A DNA stretch of 64,000 nt from Candidatus Sericytochromatia bacterium. Its GTDB lineage: Bacteria; Cyanobacteriota; Sericytochromatia; S15B-MN24; JAQBPE01. A program made the translations under genes and the position numbers. Numbering within the stretch: the first letter of the stretch is position 1; each line of letters opens with the position of its first letter. Below are positions 45,863 to 55,608 of the stretch, piece by piece. A model generated the notes under the pieces. The model saw only the letters and a program-made list of their open reading frames with translations, ran no database searches and was not told the DNA's origin. The stretch is from NCBI GenBank assembly GCA_035285125.1, contig JAYKHR010000045.1, positions 64,001-128,000 of the forward strand, written 5' to 3'.

Positions 45863-46624
45863 GTGCACCGCCTGCTGATCGCCCTCTGCGCGCTGCTGCT
45901 GGCCCCCGCCCTCCCGGCGGGGGCCGAGTCGCTGCCGCGGGAGGACGCCCTCCGGGCGAAGGTGGCCCGCGCAGCCGCCAGGCTTCCCGACGGCCCCTTC
46001 CAGGCTGAGCTCGCCCGGCTGAACCGCGCCCACGCCGGTCAGCGGATGCGCCGCAGCGGCTGGGTCGTGGGAACGGCCCCGGATGTCACGGCGGCCGGCC
46101 TGGTGGCGGTCCACGTGGCCGCCGCGCCCGAGAGCCCCGGCCCGACGTGGACGGCCTACCTGGCCGAGGGCCATGGCATGGCCGTGGGCGACCGCCTGAC
46201 GTGGGAGGGCGTCATCCGACGCATCGACGCGTCCGGGGAGATCCACCTGCGGGCGGAGCGCGTGGTGCAGTGGGTCCCCAAGGATCAGGCCCGGTTCGGC
46301 GACGGCCGGGCCCGCTGGGAGGGCACCCCACCCACCGTCGATTGGCTGAAACACGGGCTGGTCGCGCGACCGCTGCTGCGGCGGGTCGACCCCACCGTGC
46401 CCCTGGAGGCCCTTCAGGACTACGTCTCACGGGAGGTGGGGGTGCGGGTCTGGGTGAGCCCCTCGGGTCACGTGGCGCGCACCCAAGTCGTGCGCTCCAG
46501 CGGCCGCCGGGACGTCGACCAGGCCGCGCTGGAGGCAGTCGGGGCCTGGCGCTTCGCCCCCTGGCCGGCAGGCCCTGGGTTGGATCAGGTGGAAGACCTC
46601 GTGGTGCCGGTCTCGCCGCGCTGA
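45863..46624 (+). CDS. secreted protein with C-terminal TonB_C domain
   Basis: GTG start, signal peptide, V.V.VSPSG.V....V.RSSG...VDQAALEAV..WRF.P. Confidence 0.75.
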   Translation: MHRLLIALCALLLAPALPAGAESLPREDALRAKVARAAARLPDGPFQAELARLNRAHAGQRMRRSGWVVGTAPDVTAAGLVAVHVAAAPESPGPTWTAYLAEGHGMAVGDRLTWEGVIRRIDASGEIHLRAERVVQWVPKDQARFGDGRARWEGTPPTVDWLKHGLVARPLLRRVDPTVPLEALQDYVSREVGVRVWVSPSGHVARTQVVRSSGRRDVDQAALEAVGAWRFAPWPAGPGLDQVEDLVVPVSPR

Positions 46625-46731
46625 CGCGTCCCGCGCGGCCATTTATTTGACGTATCAAAATATTTCCAGGCAAAATAGTCTCCGCAGGCCGGTCCACGCC
46701 GCCACCCGCGCCCCGGAGGTCCTAGCTCCCA

Positions 46732-48018
46732 ATGCGTCGTAGCCTCGTCGTTGTCCCCCTGTTGCTCGGCATCGCGGCAGCCCCTCTCGCCTGCAAGGCC
46801 AAGCAAGAGGAGAAGCCGGCCGAGGTCCCCGCCGTCCTGACGGTGGAGACCCGGCCTGTCGAGGCGCGGCAGCTGCCGCGCACGCTGGAGGTCACGGGCT
46901 CCGTCGCCGCGTGGGAGCCGATGCCCGTCATCCCGGCGGCCAACGGCCTGCGGGTCGTGGCCGTGACCGCCGAGGAGGGCCAGATGGTGGGCCGCGGGCA
47001 GGTGCTCGCGGTGCTCGACGACGCCACGCTGAAGGCGCAGCTCGACGCGGCCCGCGCCCGGGCCCGCATCGCGGAGGCCCAGCTGCAGAAGGCCCGCCAC
47101 CCGATGCGCCTGCAGGACCTCCGCAGCACGGAGGCCGCGCTCGTGCAGGCCGAGGCCGCGGCCCGGCAGGCGCAGGACGCCTACGTGCGCAGCCAGGCTT
47201 TGGCAGCCGAGGGTGCCGTGACGCCGATGGAGCTCGTGGGCCGCCAGGCCGCGGCCGAGCAGGCCCGCGCGGCGGCCGACCAGGCCCGCGAGCGGCTCTC
47301 GCTCGCCCGCGAGGGCTCGCGGCCGGAGGACCTGGCCATTGCCGAGGCCCAGGCCGACGAGGCCCGCGCCACCCTGGCCCAGATGGAGGCGCTGCACGCC
47401 CAGACGCGCGTCAAGGCGCCGGACGCGGGCAAGATCATCCGCAAGGACGTCCACCTCGGGGATGCCTCCGCCGTCGGCAAGGCGATGTTCCAGATGGTCC
47501 GGCTGGGCCGGCTGCAGGTGGAGGCGCTCGTGCCCGAGGCCGACCTCGGCCAGGTGAGGCCGGGCCTGCTGGCCCGCGTGGGCTCGGATGCCAGGCCCGA
47601 CCTGCAGGCGAGCGGCGTCATCCGGGAGGTCAGCCCGGCGGTGGACCTCGCGAGCCGCCAGGCCACCATCCGCATCGACATCCCGGAGGCCTCGGGCCTG
47701 CGCGTGGGGATGTTCGTGCGGGCCCAGCTGGCGCTCGGGCAGGTGTCCGCGCTGACCGTGCCCGCATCGGCCGTCGTCACGAAGGAGGCGGGCAGCGAGG
47801 TGTTCGTGCTGGATGGCAGCATCGCCCGCAGCCGCAGCGTCGTGCCTGGGGCCAGGGCCGGGGGCTGGGTGGCGATCGCCGAGGGCCTCAAGGCCGGCGA
47901 GCAGGTCATCACGGCCGGCGTCGGCTTCCTGAAGGACGGTGACAAGGTCGACGTCGCGCCGCCGAAGGCCGCCTCGCCGGGCAAGCCACAGCCAGGGAAA
48001 GCCACCGCGGGCTCCTGA
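46732..48018 (+). CDS. RND efflux periplasmic adaptor subunit
   Basis: Lipoprotein-like signal, EEGQMVGRGQVLA.LD lipoyl half-motif, long coiled coil, LRVGMF, GLKAGEQVI. Confidence 0.92.
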   Translation: MRRSLVVVPLLLGIAAAPLACKAKQEEKPAEVPAVLTVETRPVEARQLPRTLEVTGSVAAWEPMPVIPAANGLRVVAVTAEEGQMVGRGQVLAVLDDATLKAQLDAARARARIAEAQLQKARHPMRLQDLRSTEAALVQAEAAARQAQDAYVRSQALAAEGAVTPMELVGRQAAAEQARAAADQARERLSLAREGSRPEDLAIAEAQADEARATLAQMEALHAQTRVKAPDAGKIIRKDVHLGDASAVGKAMFQMVRLGRLQVEALVPEADLGQVRPGLLARVGSDARPDLQASGVIREVSPAVDLASRQATIRIDIPEASGLRVGMFVRAQLALGQVSALTVPASAVVTKEAGSEVFVLDGSIARSRSVVPGARAGGWVAIAEGLKAGEQVITAGVGFLKDGDKVDVAPPKAASPGKPQPGKATAGS

Positions 48019-48033
48019 GGCGAGAGGCCCGCC

Positions 48034-51000
48034 ATGAACGTCTCTGCCTGGGCCATCAAGCGCCCCATCCCCGTCATCCTGCTCTTCTTGATGCTGACCC
48101 TGGTGGGGCTCTTCAGCTACCTCCGGCTCGGCGTCAACGACAACCCCGACGTCGACTTCCCCCTCATCGTGGTGGCTGTCTCGCAGGCCGGTGCCTCCCC
48201 GGCCGAGCTCGAGACCGAGGTCACGCGCAAGGTCGAGGACTCGCTCGTCGGCATCACGGGGCTCGACCACATCACCTCGACCGTCTCGGAGGGCGTGTCG
48301 ACGACGGTGTGCGAGTTCAAGATTGGCACCCGCTCCGAGACGGCGCTGAACGACGTCCGGGACGCCGTCTCGAGGATCCGCCAGACGCTGCCCGGCGACA
48401 TCACCGAGCCCTCCATCACGCACCCCAACTTCAGCGGCGAGCCCTTCGCCACCTTCACCGTCTCGTCGACCAGGCGCCCGATGGCCGAGCTGTCGCGCCT
48501 CATCGACGAGGACATCACCCGCTCCTTGCTGGCCGTGCCGGGCGTCGCGCAGGTGCGCCGCTCCGGCGGGCTGACGCGGGAGGTGCGGATCGACCTCGAG
48601 CCTGCCCGGCTGCGGGCCCACAGGCTCACGGTGGAGGACGTGAACGGGCAGCTCAGGCAGGCCAACGTCAACCTGCCCGGCGGCCGCGCCGACGCCGGCG
48701 GGCGCGAGCAGTCGATCCGGACGCTCGGCTCCGCTGGCTCGGTGGAGGCGCTGGCCCGGCTGCCGATCGCCCTGCCGCAGGGCGGCACCGTCAGGCTCGA
48801 CGCGCTCGGGCGGGTCGCGGACAGCCACGCGGAGGTGCGGCAGAAGGCGTTCCTGAACGGCCAGCCGTGCGTGGCGTTCTCCGTCGTGCGCTCGCAGGGC
48901 TCGCCCCTCGTGCAGACCGAGGAGGCCACCCGCCAGCAGGTCGAGGCGCTCGCGGCCACGCTGCCGCCGGACGTGAAGGTCGAGCTCATCCGCACGATGG
49001 CGGACTTCACGCGGGACTCCCACGAGGCCACGATGGACGCGCTGTACCTCGGCTCGGCGCTGGCCGTGGCCGTGATCTTCATCTTCCTGCGCAATGGCCA
49101 GGCGCTGTTCATCTCGGCGCTCGCCATCCCGCTCTCGGTGATCGCGACCTTCGGCGTCATGAAGCTGCTCGGCTACACCCTCAACGGGATGACGACGCTG
49201 GCGCTCACGCTCGTGGTCGGCATCCTCGTGGACGATGCGATCGTCGACCTCGAGAACATCTACCGCCACATCGCGATGGGCAAGTCGCCCATGAGGGCTG
49301 CCCTGGAGGCCACCGACGAGATCGGCCTCGCCATCGTCGCCACCACCATGACGATCGTCGCCGTGTTCATCCCGGTGGGCTTTATGGGCGGCATCCCCGG
49401 GATGTTCTTCCGCTCGTTCGGCGTCACGGTGGCCGTGGCCGTGCTGTTCTCGCTGCTGGTCGCCCGGACCCTCACGCCGATGATGGCCGCCCACCTGCTG
49501 CCGGAGCGGCTCGCCCACGCCGAGGACCGGGCGCCCTGGCGCGAGCCCTACATGCGCCTGCTCGAGTGGGCCCTCGCCCACCGCTGGAAGACGCTGACCG
49601 GGGCCCTGGCCGTGTTCGTCGGCTCGATGGCGCTGGTGCCCGTGATCCCCAAGGGCTTCATCGACCTCGGCGACATCGGCCAGGCCATGGTCCAGATCTC
49701 CCTCCCCGCAGGCTCCACGATCGAGGAGACGGAGCGCGTGGTGATGGAGACGAGCCAGCTGCTCGCGGCCCGGCCGGAGTCCCAGCTGGTCTTCGCGACC
49801 GTCGGCTCGGCCTCGAACTCGGCCGGGGGCTCCCTGGTGCAGTCGGCCAGCTCCGTCACGCGCGGCACCGTGAACGTGGTGCTCAAGCCCCGCGACCAGC
49901 GCACGCTGACGCTGGAGGCATTCCAGGACCAGCTGCGCCCGGAGCTTGCCCGCATCCCGGGCGCGCGCGTGGCCTTCGCCCAGTTCGGGGCGACGGGCTC
50001 CGCCAAGCCCGTGAACGTGCTGCTGCGCGGCTCGGACGGCCGGCTGCTCGAGCAGGTGGGGGCGCAGGTGCTCAAGGAGATGCGCACCCTGCCAGAGCTG
50101 CGGGACGTCACGAGCACCGCCGCGGAGCTCCGTCCGGAGGTCGTGATCAGGCCCCACCTGACGCGCGCCGCCGAGCAGGGGGTCTCCGTCGCGGCCATCG
50201 GGCGGGTGGCCCGCCTCGCGACCCAGGGCGATGCCGAGTTCAACCTCGCCAAGTTCAACGCCGACTCGCGCCAGCTGAACATCCGCGTGCAGCTTGCCCC
50301 GTCGGCGCGGGCCGACCTGGCCGCCATCGGAGACCTCCTGGTGCCCGGCCGGGCTGGCCTCGTGCCCCTGCGGACGGTGGCCGACCTCCACTTCGGCACG
50401 GGCCCCGTGCAGATCGACCGCTACGACCGCGCCCGCCAGATCACCTTCACGGCCAACCTGACGGCCGGCGACATGGGCACGGCCCTCGCGAAGGTCGCCG
50501 AGCTGCCCAGCATCAAGGCCCTGCCGGCCGGCATCACCCAGGGCACGGTGGGCGAGTCCAAGGTGATGATGGACATCTTCACCGAGACCCTGATCGCCCT
50601 CGGCACGGGCATCATGGCCATCTACGCCGTGCTGGTGCTGCTCTTCGGGGGCTTCCTGCAGCCGCTGACCATCATGATGGCGCTGCCCCTGTCCATCGGC
50701 GGGGCGATGGCCGGCCTGCTGGTCTTCGGCAAGGAGCTCGGTCTCTACGCGCTCATCGGCGTGATGATGCTGATGGGCCTCGTCACCAAGAACTCGATCC
50801 TGCTCGTCGAGTACGCGCAGATGGCCCGCAACCAGGGCGCCACGCGCCGGGAGGCGCTGCTGCGCGCCGGGCGCGACCGCCTGCGGCCCATCTTGATGAC
50901 GACGATCGCCATGATCGCCGGCATGCTGCCCATCGCCCTGGAGCTGGGCACGGGCACCGAGATCCTCTCGCCGATGGCCGTCGCCGTGATCGGGGGGCTC

Positions 51001-51153
51001 GTCACCTCCACGCTGTTCACGCTCGTCGTGATCCCGGCGGCCTTCACCCTCATCGACGACATCCAGCGCACGGCCTGGGGCTGGCTCGGCAAGCGGCTGC
51101 CGGCGCCGGACGAGCCGGGCGACGGGGCCGCGCCGGCAGAGCCGACGGCCTAG
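48034..51153 (+). CDS. RND efflux permease (AcrB/HAE1-like)
   Basis: [34 protein letters not shown]; 1039 aa. Confidence 0.95.
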   Translation: MNVSAWAIKRPIPVILLFLMLTLVGLFSYLRLGVNDNPDVDFPLIVVAVSQAGASPAELETEVTRKVEDSLVGITGLDHITSTVSEGVSTTVCEFKIGTRSETALNDVRDAVSRIRQTLPGDITEPSITHPNFSGEPFATFTVSSTRRPMAELSRLIDEDITRSLLAVPGVAQVRRSGGLTREVRIDLEPARLRAHRLTVEDVNGQLRQANVNLPGGRADAGGREQSIRTLGSAGSVEALARLPIALPQGGTVRLDALGRVADSHAEVRQKAFLNGQPCVAFSVVRSQGSPLVQTEEATRQQVEALAATLPPDVKVELIRTMADFTRDSHEATMDALYLGSALAVAVIFIFLRNGQALFISALAIPLSVIATFGVMKLLGYTLNGMTTLALTLVVGILVDDAIVDLENIYRHIAMGKSPMRAALEATDEIGLAIVATTMTIVAVFIPVGFMGGIPGMFFRSFGVTVAVAVLFSLLVARTLTPMMAAHLLPERLAHAEDRAPWREPYMRLLEWALAHRWKTLTGALAVFVGSMALVPVIPKGFIDLGDIGQAMVQISLPAGSTIEETERVVMETSQLLAARPESQLVFATVGSASNSAGGSLVQSASSVTRGTVNVVLKPRDQRTLTLEAFQDQLRPELARIPGARVAFAQFGATGSAKPVNVLLRGSDGRLLEQVGAQVLKEMRTLPELRDVTSTAAELRPEVVIRPHLTRAAEQGVSVAAIGRVARLATQGDAEFNLAKFNADSRQLNIRVQLAPSARADLAAIGDLLVPGRAGLVPLRTVADLHFGTGPVQIDRYDRARQITFTANLTAGDMGTALAKVAELPSIKALPAGITQGTVGESKVMMDIFTETLIALGTGIMAIYAVLVLLFGGFLQPLTIMMALPLSIGGAMAGLLVFGKELGLYALIGVMMLMGLVTKNSILLVEYAQMARNQGATRREALLRAGRDRLRPILMTTIAMIAGMLPIALELGTGTEILSPMAVAVIGGLVTSTLFTLVVIPAAFTLIDDIQRTAWGWLGKRLPAPDEPGDGAAPAEPTA

Positions 51154-52055
51154 GGCGCGGGCATCGGCAGGCCTGCCCGCCAGGCCCGGCGCAGCGCCAC
51201 GGCCCGGTCGACCTCGTTGGTGACGAGCCCATCCACGCCCCAGCGCAGCAGCCGCGCCATGGCCGCGGGCTCGTCCACCGTCCAGGCGAACAGCGGCAGC
51301 CCCTGCCCGTGGGCGGCCGCGACGACGGGGCCGCCGAGGGCCTCGTGCCAGCTCAGCACCAGGTCGGCGTGCGCGCCCAGCGCCCGGGTGGGCGGTGGCT
51401 CCAGCGGCCGCACCAGCAGGCCGAGGGGGCGGTCGGGCGCCAGCCCCGCCAGCCGGCGCAGCGCGGCGCGGTGGAAGGAAATCAAGATGGCGCCGCCCGG
51501 CGGCGTGTGGCTGCCCAGCGCCTCGGCCACGCGCCGCACGAGCCCGGGGTGGGCCTCCTTGAGCTCGACCACCGCCACGGCCCGGCCCGCGAGCACCGCC
51601 AGCGCCTCCGCTACGGTGGGCACGGGCTCCCCGCGCCAGCGCGGGTGCTTCCAGCCACCCGCGTCGAGCCGCCGCAGCTCGGCGAGCGTCAGGCTGGCGA
51701 CCTCCCCCCGGCCGCTGGTGGTGCGATCCACGGTGGGGTCGTGCATGAGCACGGCCTCCCCGTCGCGCGTGAGGCGCACGTCGAACTCGACGGCATCGGC
51801 CCCCGCCTCGACGGCGGCCCGCAGGCTGGCGAGGGTGTTCTCGGGGGCCAGGGCCGAGTAGCCCCGGTGGGCGACGATCCAGGGCCGCGGGAGCGCGGGC
51901 AGGGGCCGCTTGTGGTAGGCCGCCGGGGCGGCCTGCCCCGACCAGGCGACGAGCTGCTCGCCGATGGCCCGCCCCCCCCGCGCCAGCGGGGCGCACGCCG
52001 TTGCCAGGGCCACGTGAGCCACGAGCGCCGCCGCCAGCGCATGCCGCCTGCCCAT
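51150..52055 (-). CDS. glycerophosphodiester phosphodiesterase
   Basis: AHRGYS..APENTL, EFDV.LT.DG...LMHD, VELK, WTVD, GVDGLVTN; start may be 52085. Confidence 0.92.
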   Translation of the reverse strand: MGRRHALAAALVAHVALATACAPLARGGRAIGEQLVAWSGQAAPAAYHKRPLPALPRPWIVAHRGYSALAPENTLASLRAAVEAGADAVEFDVRLTRDGEAVLMHDPTVDRTTSGRGEVASLTLAELRRLDAGGWKHPRWRGEPVPTVAEALAVLAGRAVAVVELKEAHPGLVRRVAEALGSHTPPGGAILISFHRAALRRLAGLAPDRPLGLLVRPLEPPPTRALGAHADLVLSWHEALGGPVVAAAHGQGLPLFAWTVDEPAAMARLLRWGVDGLVTNEVDRAVALRRAWRAGLPMPAP

Positions 52056-52089
52056 GGGCCGGCCCCCCTTTCCCGTGCCCCGCACGCCG

Positions 52090-54003
52090 TCAGAGCATGA
52101 AGCCGTAGAGCACCTCGCCGTCGGGCGAGACCGTCAGCCCGCTGACGGGCCGCTCGGGCGTCCCCCGGTCCCACTCGACGTGGTGGGTCGCGCCCGTGTC
52201 GACGTCCACCGCCAGCACGCTCGTGCCGATGGCATACGCATACACGACCACCGGCTGCGTGGCGACCAGGGCGGCGGTGTCGTAGCTCGACACGTACAGC
52301 TCGCGCCGGCGCCAGGAGTACGCCAGCGTGCGGCCCATGAAGATGTTGTCGACCAGCAGGGTGTTCGTGCCGCCGTTGGCGGGGTTCACGGCCCAGATGG
52401 CCGTCCACCGCGTGTCCCCAGCCTTGGGGTGCTGGGCCAGCAGCCAGCCCGGCGGGCTCGAGTAGCCCGGCGTCACGTCGAAGGCGACGTCGTAGCACCG
52501 GCTGCTGGCCGGCAGCCGCTCGACGGGTGGGTGCCCGACGGCCACCGGCACCGTCGCTGGCGGCGTGCCCGTGACCTCGTAGAGCGAGGCGCCCTGGGCG
52601 GCGCGGTCGTTCGCGAGGTAGAGCCGCTCGCCGAAGCGCCGGAAGGCGTTGTAGACGTTGGATGCCGACTCGATGGGCATGTACGGCTGCCACGTGAACG
52701 CGCTGAGGCTGGCATCAACGGGCGTGCCGCGCAGGAGCTGCTCCGAGTCGCCGTGGGCCAGCACGGCGGCGCTGCCGGGCTCCCGGACGGCGCCACGAAC
52801 GGCATTCTGCCAGGCCGTGGCCACCGGGTCGCGCAGCACCCCGGTCCCGGTGTCGTAGATGCGCAGCTCGGGGCCGTGGGCGAGCAGGATGTACCGGGAA
52901 TCGTAGAACGAGCCGTACCAGCGCGTCACGCGGGCGGGGTTGGCCGGCCGCCCCATGTCGACGAGCCGGAAGCGGCTGCCCAGACCATCCCGCCGCCGCT
53001 TGCGCTCGGGCGTGGGCACCCAGCCAGCCGGCTCACCCGTCAGCCGCAGGCCCGGCGCCAGCCCGCTGAAGCCCAGCTCACCCGCCACCCCGATCGTCGG
53101 CCGGTCGAGCGGGAAGTCCTCCGCCGTGAAGGGGACGGTGCCGGACGCCACCGCGAGCGGCTCGAGCGGGAGCCGTGCAAGCTCGGCGCGCACGGCCCCG
53201 TCCAGCGCGGCAAAGGCGCCAAGCCGGCCGAGCGCCGCCCGCAGGGCGTCCGAGGAGGCCGCCAGCCCGTCCGGGCCGAGGCCCGTGACGAGGTCGTCGG
53301 CCCAGGCCGGCTGCCTGGCGAGGGCCTCCTCGAGCGCCGCCACGGCCCGCCTGGCGGCCTCGAAGGCCTGCGCCACGCCGGCCTCCCGGGCCGCCTGCGG
53401 CCGCAGCAACTGGAGCTTGAAGACGCCCTGGAAGGCGCGAGCGGCGGCCGTGCTCGCGGGGCTGAGCACGAGCCGCAGCGTCACGTCGCCGGCCTCGCGC
53501 AGGGCGTAGCCCCGGGCAGGCGCGGCCAGGAGCCGCCCCTGGCCGTCGAGCAGCGCGACGAAGGCCTGGGAACCCGTCTTCGCGACCAGCCGGACGACCT
53601 GGCCTGCCGCCAGCGGCGGCAGCGCAAGGTCGAAGGCCCCGGCCGCGTCCGTCCGCAGGGTGCCGCCGCCGGCCTCCTCCCAGGCCGTGAGGGGCACCGC
53701 CCGCCCCGTGGCGAGGTCCCAGGCCGTGAGGCTGGCGCCCTCCACGGGCTGGCCGTTAACGGCCACGCTGCCGAGCAGCCGGCGGCGGATGGCGGGCAGG
53801 GGCGTCGCAGGCGCCGGGGCGGGCGAGGCCGACGCCGGCGGTGGTGAGGCGCTGCCCGGGGCGGAGGGCGCCAGGGACGCGGGAGGCCCTCCCCCCGGAG
53901 CCGCGCCTGCCGTCGGCGCCGGGCTCAGCCCGGCCGGCGGGGCACAGCTCGGCAGCAGGAAGGCTCCGACCAGGAGGGACAGGGCGAGGCGCGAGGGGAC
54001 CAC
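52090..54003 (-). CDS. hypothetical lipoprotein with C-terminal beta-propeller-like region
   Basis: Lipobox LLPSC, Pro/Ala linker, Ig-like TDAAGAF segment, beta-rich C-terminus. Confidence 0.7.
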   Translation of the reverse strand: MVPSRLALSLLVGAFLLPSCAPPAGLSPAPTAGAAPGGGPPASLAPSAPGSASPPPASASPAPAPATPLPAIRRRLLGSVAVNGQPVEGASLTAWDLATGRAVPLTAWEEAGGGTLRTDAAGAFDLALPPLAAGQVVRLVAKTGSQAFVALLDGQGRLLAAPARGYALREAGDVTLRLVLSPASTAAARAFQGVFKLQLLRPQAAREAGVAQAFEAARRAVAALEEALARQPAWADDLVTGLGPDGLAASSDALRAALGRLGAFAALDGAVRAELARLPLEPLAVASGTVPFTAEDFPLDRPTIGVAGELGFSGLAPGLRLTGEPAGWVPTPERKRRRDGLGSRFRLVDMGRPANPARVTRWYGSFYDSRYILLAHGPELRIYDTGTGVLRDPVATAWQNAVRGAVREPGSAAVLAHGDSEQLLRGTPVDASLSAFTWQPYMPIESASNVYNAFRRFGERLYLANDRAAQGASLYEVTGTPPATVPVAVGHPPVERLPASSRCYDVAFDVTPGYSSPPGWLLAQHPKAGDTRWTAIWAVNPANGGTNTLLVDNIFMGRTLAYSWRRRELYVSSYDTAALVATQPVVVYAYAIGTSVLAVDVDTGATHHVEWDRGTPERPVSGLTVSPDGEVLYGFML

Positions 54004-54137
54004 GGCGGTTCTCCGGCAAGCCGTTCAGGGACCGACCCCGCTCGTACCCCGCCCAGGGCCGTGACATACGTCGCCGCCTCGATCCTTTCCCTGGCGCGCC
54101 TGAAAGCGCGCGTTGCCCGGCCGGACCCGGTCCCCGC

Positions 54138-55507
54138 TCAGGCCCGAGAGGCCGTAAAGACGACGGGTTCAGCCGGGCGTGCGGATACGGGCAAGGTGAC
54201 GACGAAGTTGCTTCCCTCGCCTGGCGTGCTGGTCACCGTCAGCGTTCCCTGGTGCCCCCCCTCGATGATCGCACGGCTGAGCGTCAGGCCAAGTCCGAGG
54301 CCCCGGCTCCCCGACTGGCCGGGACAGGCCTGGAAGAACGGTTCGAAAACCCGAGCCAGGTGCTCGGGTTCGATGCCGACCCCCGTGTCGACCACCCGCA
54401 GCTCGGCGGCACGTGGCATCCTGGCCAGCTGCACCTCCACGCGCCCCCCGGCCGGGGTCGCCTTGCGCGCGTTATCAAGGAGGTTTTGCAGCACCTGGTT
54501 CAGGCGGTCTGCATCGGCCTCGATGGAGACCCCTTCTGACGGCATGTCCGTGACCAGCGTGATGCCTGCCGCGTCGAACGCTGGCCGCTGCGCGTTCGTC
54601 ACCTGGTGCACCAGGTCGTTCAACTGGGTGGGGCCCTTCTCGCAGGAGAGTCCATGCGTTCGCAAGCGAGCCAGCTCGAACACGTCATTCACCAGGCGTT
54701 TCAGCACCAGGGACTGCTCCTCGGCCACTTGGAGCAGCCCCGCGGTCGGCTCGGCCAGAGCCTGACCCTGACCGCTCCTCAGAATGTGAAGCGCGGTGAT
54801 CACGGAGGTAAGGGGCGTCCTGAGCTCGTGGCCGATGGTGGTGATGAACTGATACTTCGCGGCATCCAGCCGGGCCAGCTCCTCGTTGTGGAGGCGCAAC
54901 TGCGCGTTCGTGGTTTCGATCAGGAAGACCAGCATGCCAACCCCAACCATCAGGTTCAGCACCATCGAAACCGAGTACCCGACCCAGGCCCAGGGCGTGT
55001 GCGCCAGGACAGGATAGGAGAAAAACCAGAGGCCGGAGATGACAACGGGCAGGCCCAGGAATCTGGAGCCGGCGGCCTGGTGGGTTCGCAGGATGCTCCA
55101 TCCCAGCCACACGTGGAGCCAAGAATAGGCAAGCATGGAGGGCAGGACCACCACATTGAAAGGCTGCCCCCACGCAGCAAGGCCGGCGCCAGGAAGGCCA
55201 GTAGCCACCAAGAAAAGGGGGAGGCGACGCGCGGTCATCGGGGCGTCACGGCGCAAGACCCGAGAGGCCTGAACGAGGCACCAGCAAATCGCGTTGACCA
55301 GGACAACTTCCAGACCCCACAACCATCCGGGACGTCCAAAGAAGGCTGCAAACATCTCGGACAGCAGGAGGCAAAGCCCCCCCCGTAGGCGCACAGCCAC
55401 AGTCTGAAGAACGGGGTCTGGTGGTGCCTCCAAATCCAGGCTGACATAACCAAGATCGTCGCCACGCCAAGGACGTTGCTGATACTGGCCTGCTCAACTT
55501 GTGTCAC
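54138..55507 (-). pseudogene. membrane sensor histidine kinase, frameshifted near the N-terminus
   Basis: GHELRTPL, NLLDNA, DTGVGI, GLGLGL; the N-terminal TM part (VTQVEQ...YGGGFAS) is in another frame and aligns with paralog 17713..19080. Confidence 0.75.
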
Positions 55508-55608
55508 AATGGCTCCGTGGAGGTTTCGAAGTCGTGCGCACCCGTGTGTCGCCAATTTTCCACGGTCAACAATAGCGGACCCTGCAGGAAAGGTTCAACC
55601 ATCCTCCG

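Noticed and set aside
46585..51996. 1803-aa minus-strand ORF and many other long Arg/Gly/Pro-rich ORFs
   Set aside because: Shadow frames of real genes (here the RND pair); stop codons are scarce at high GC and no motifs are present
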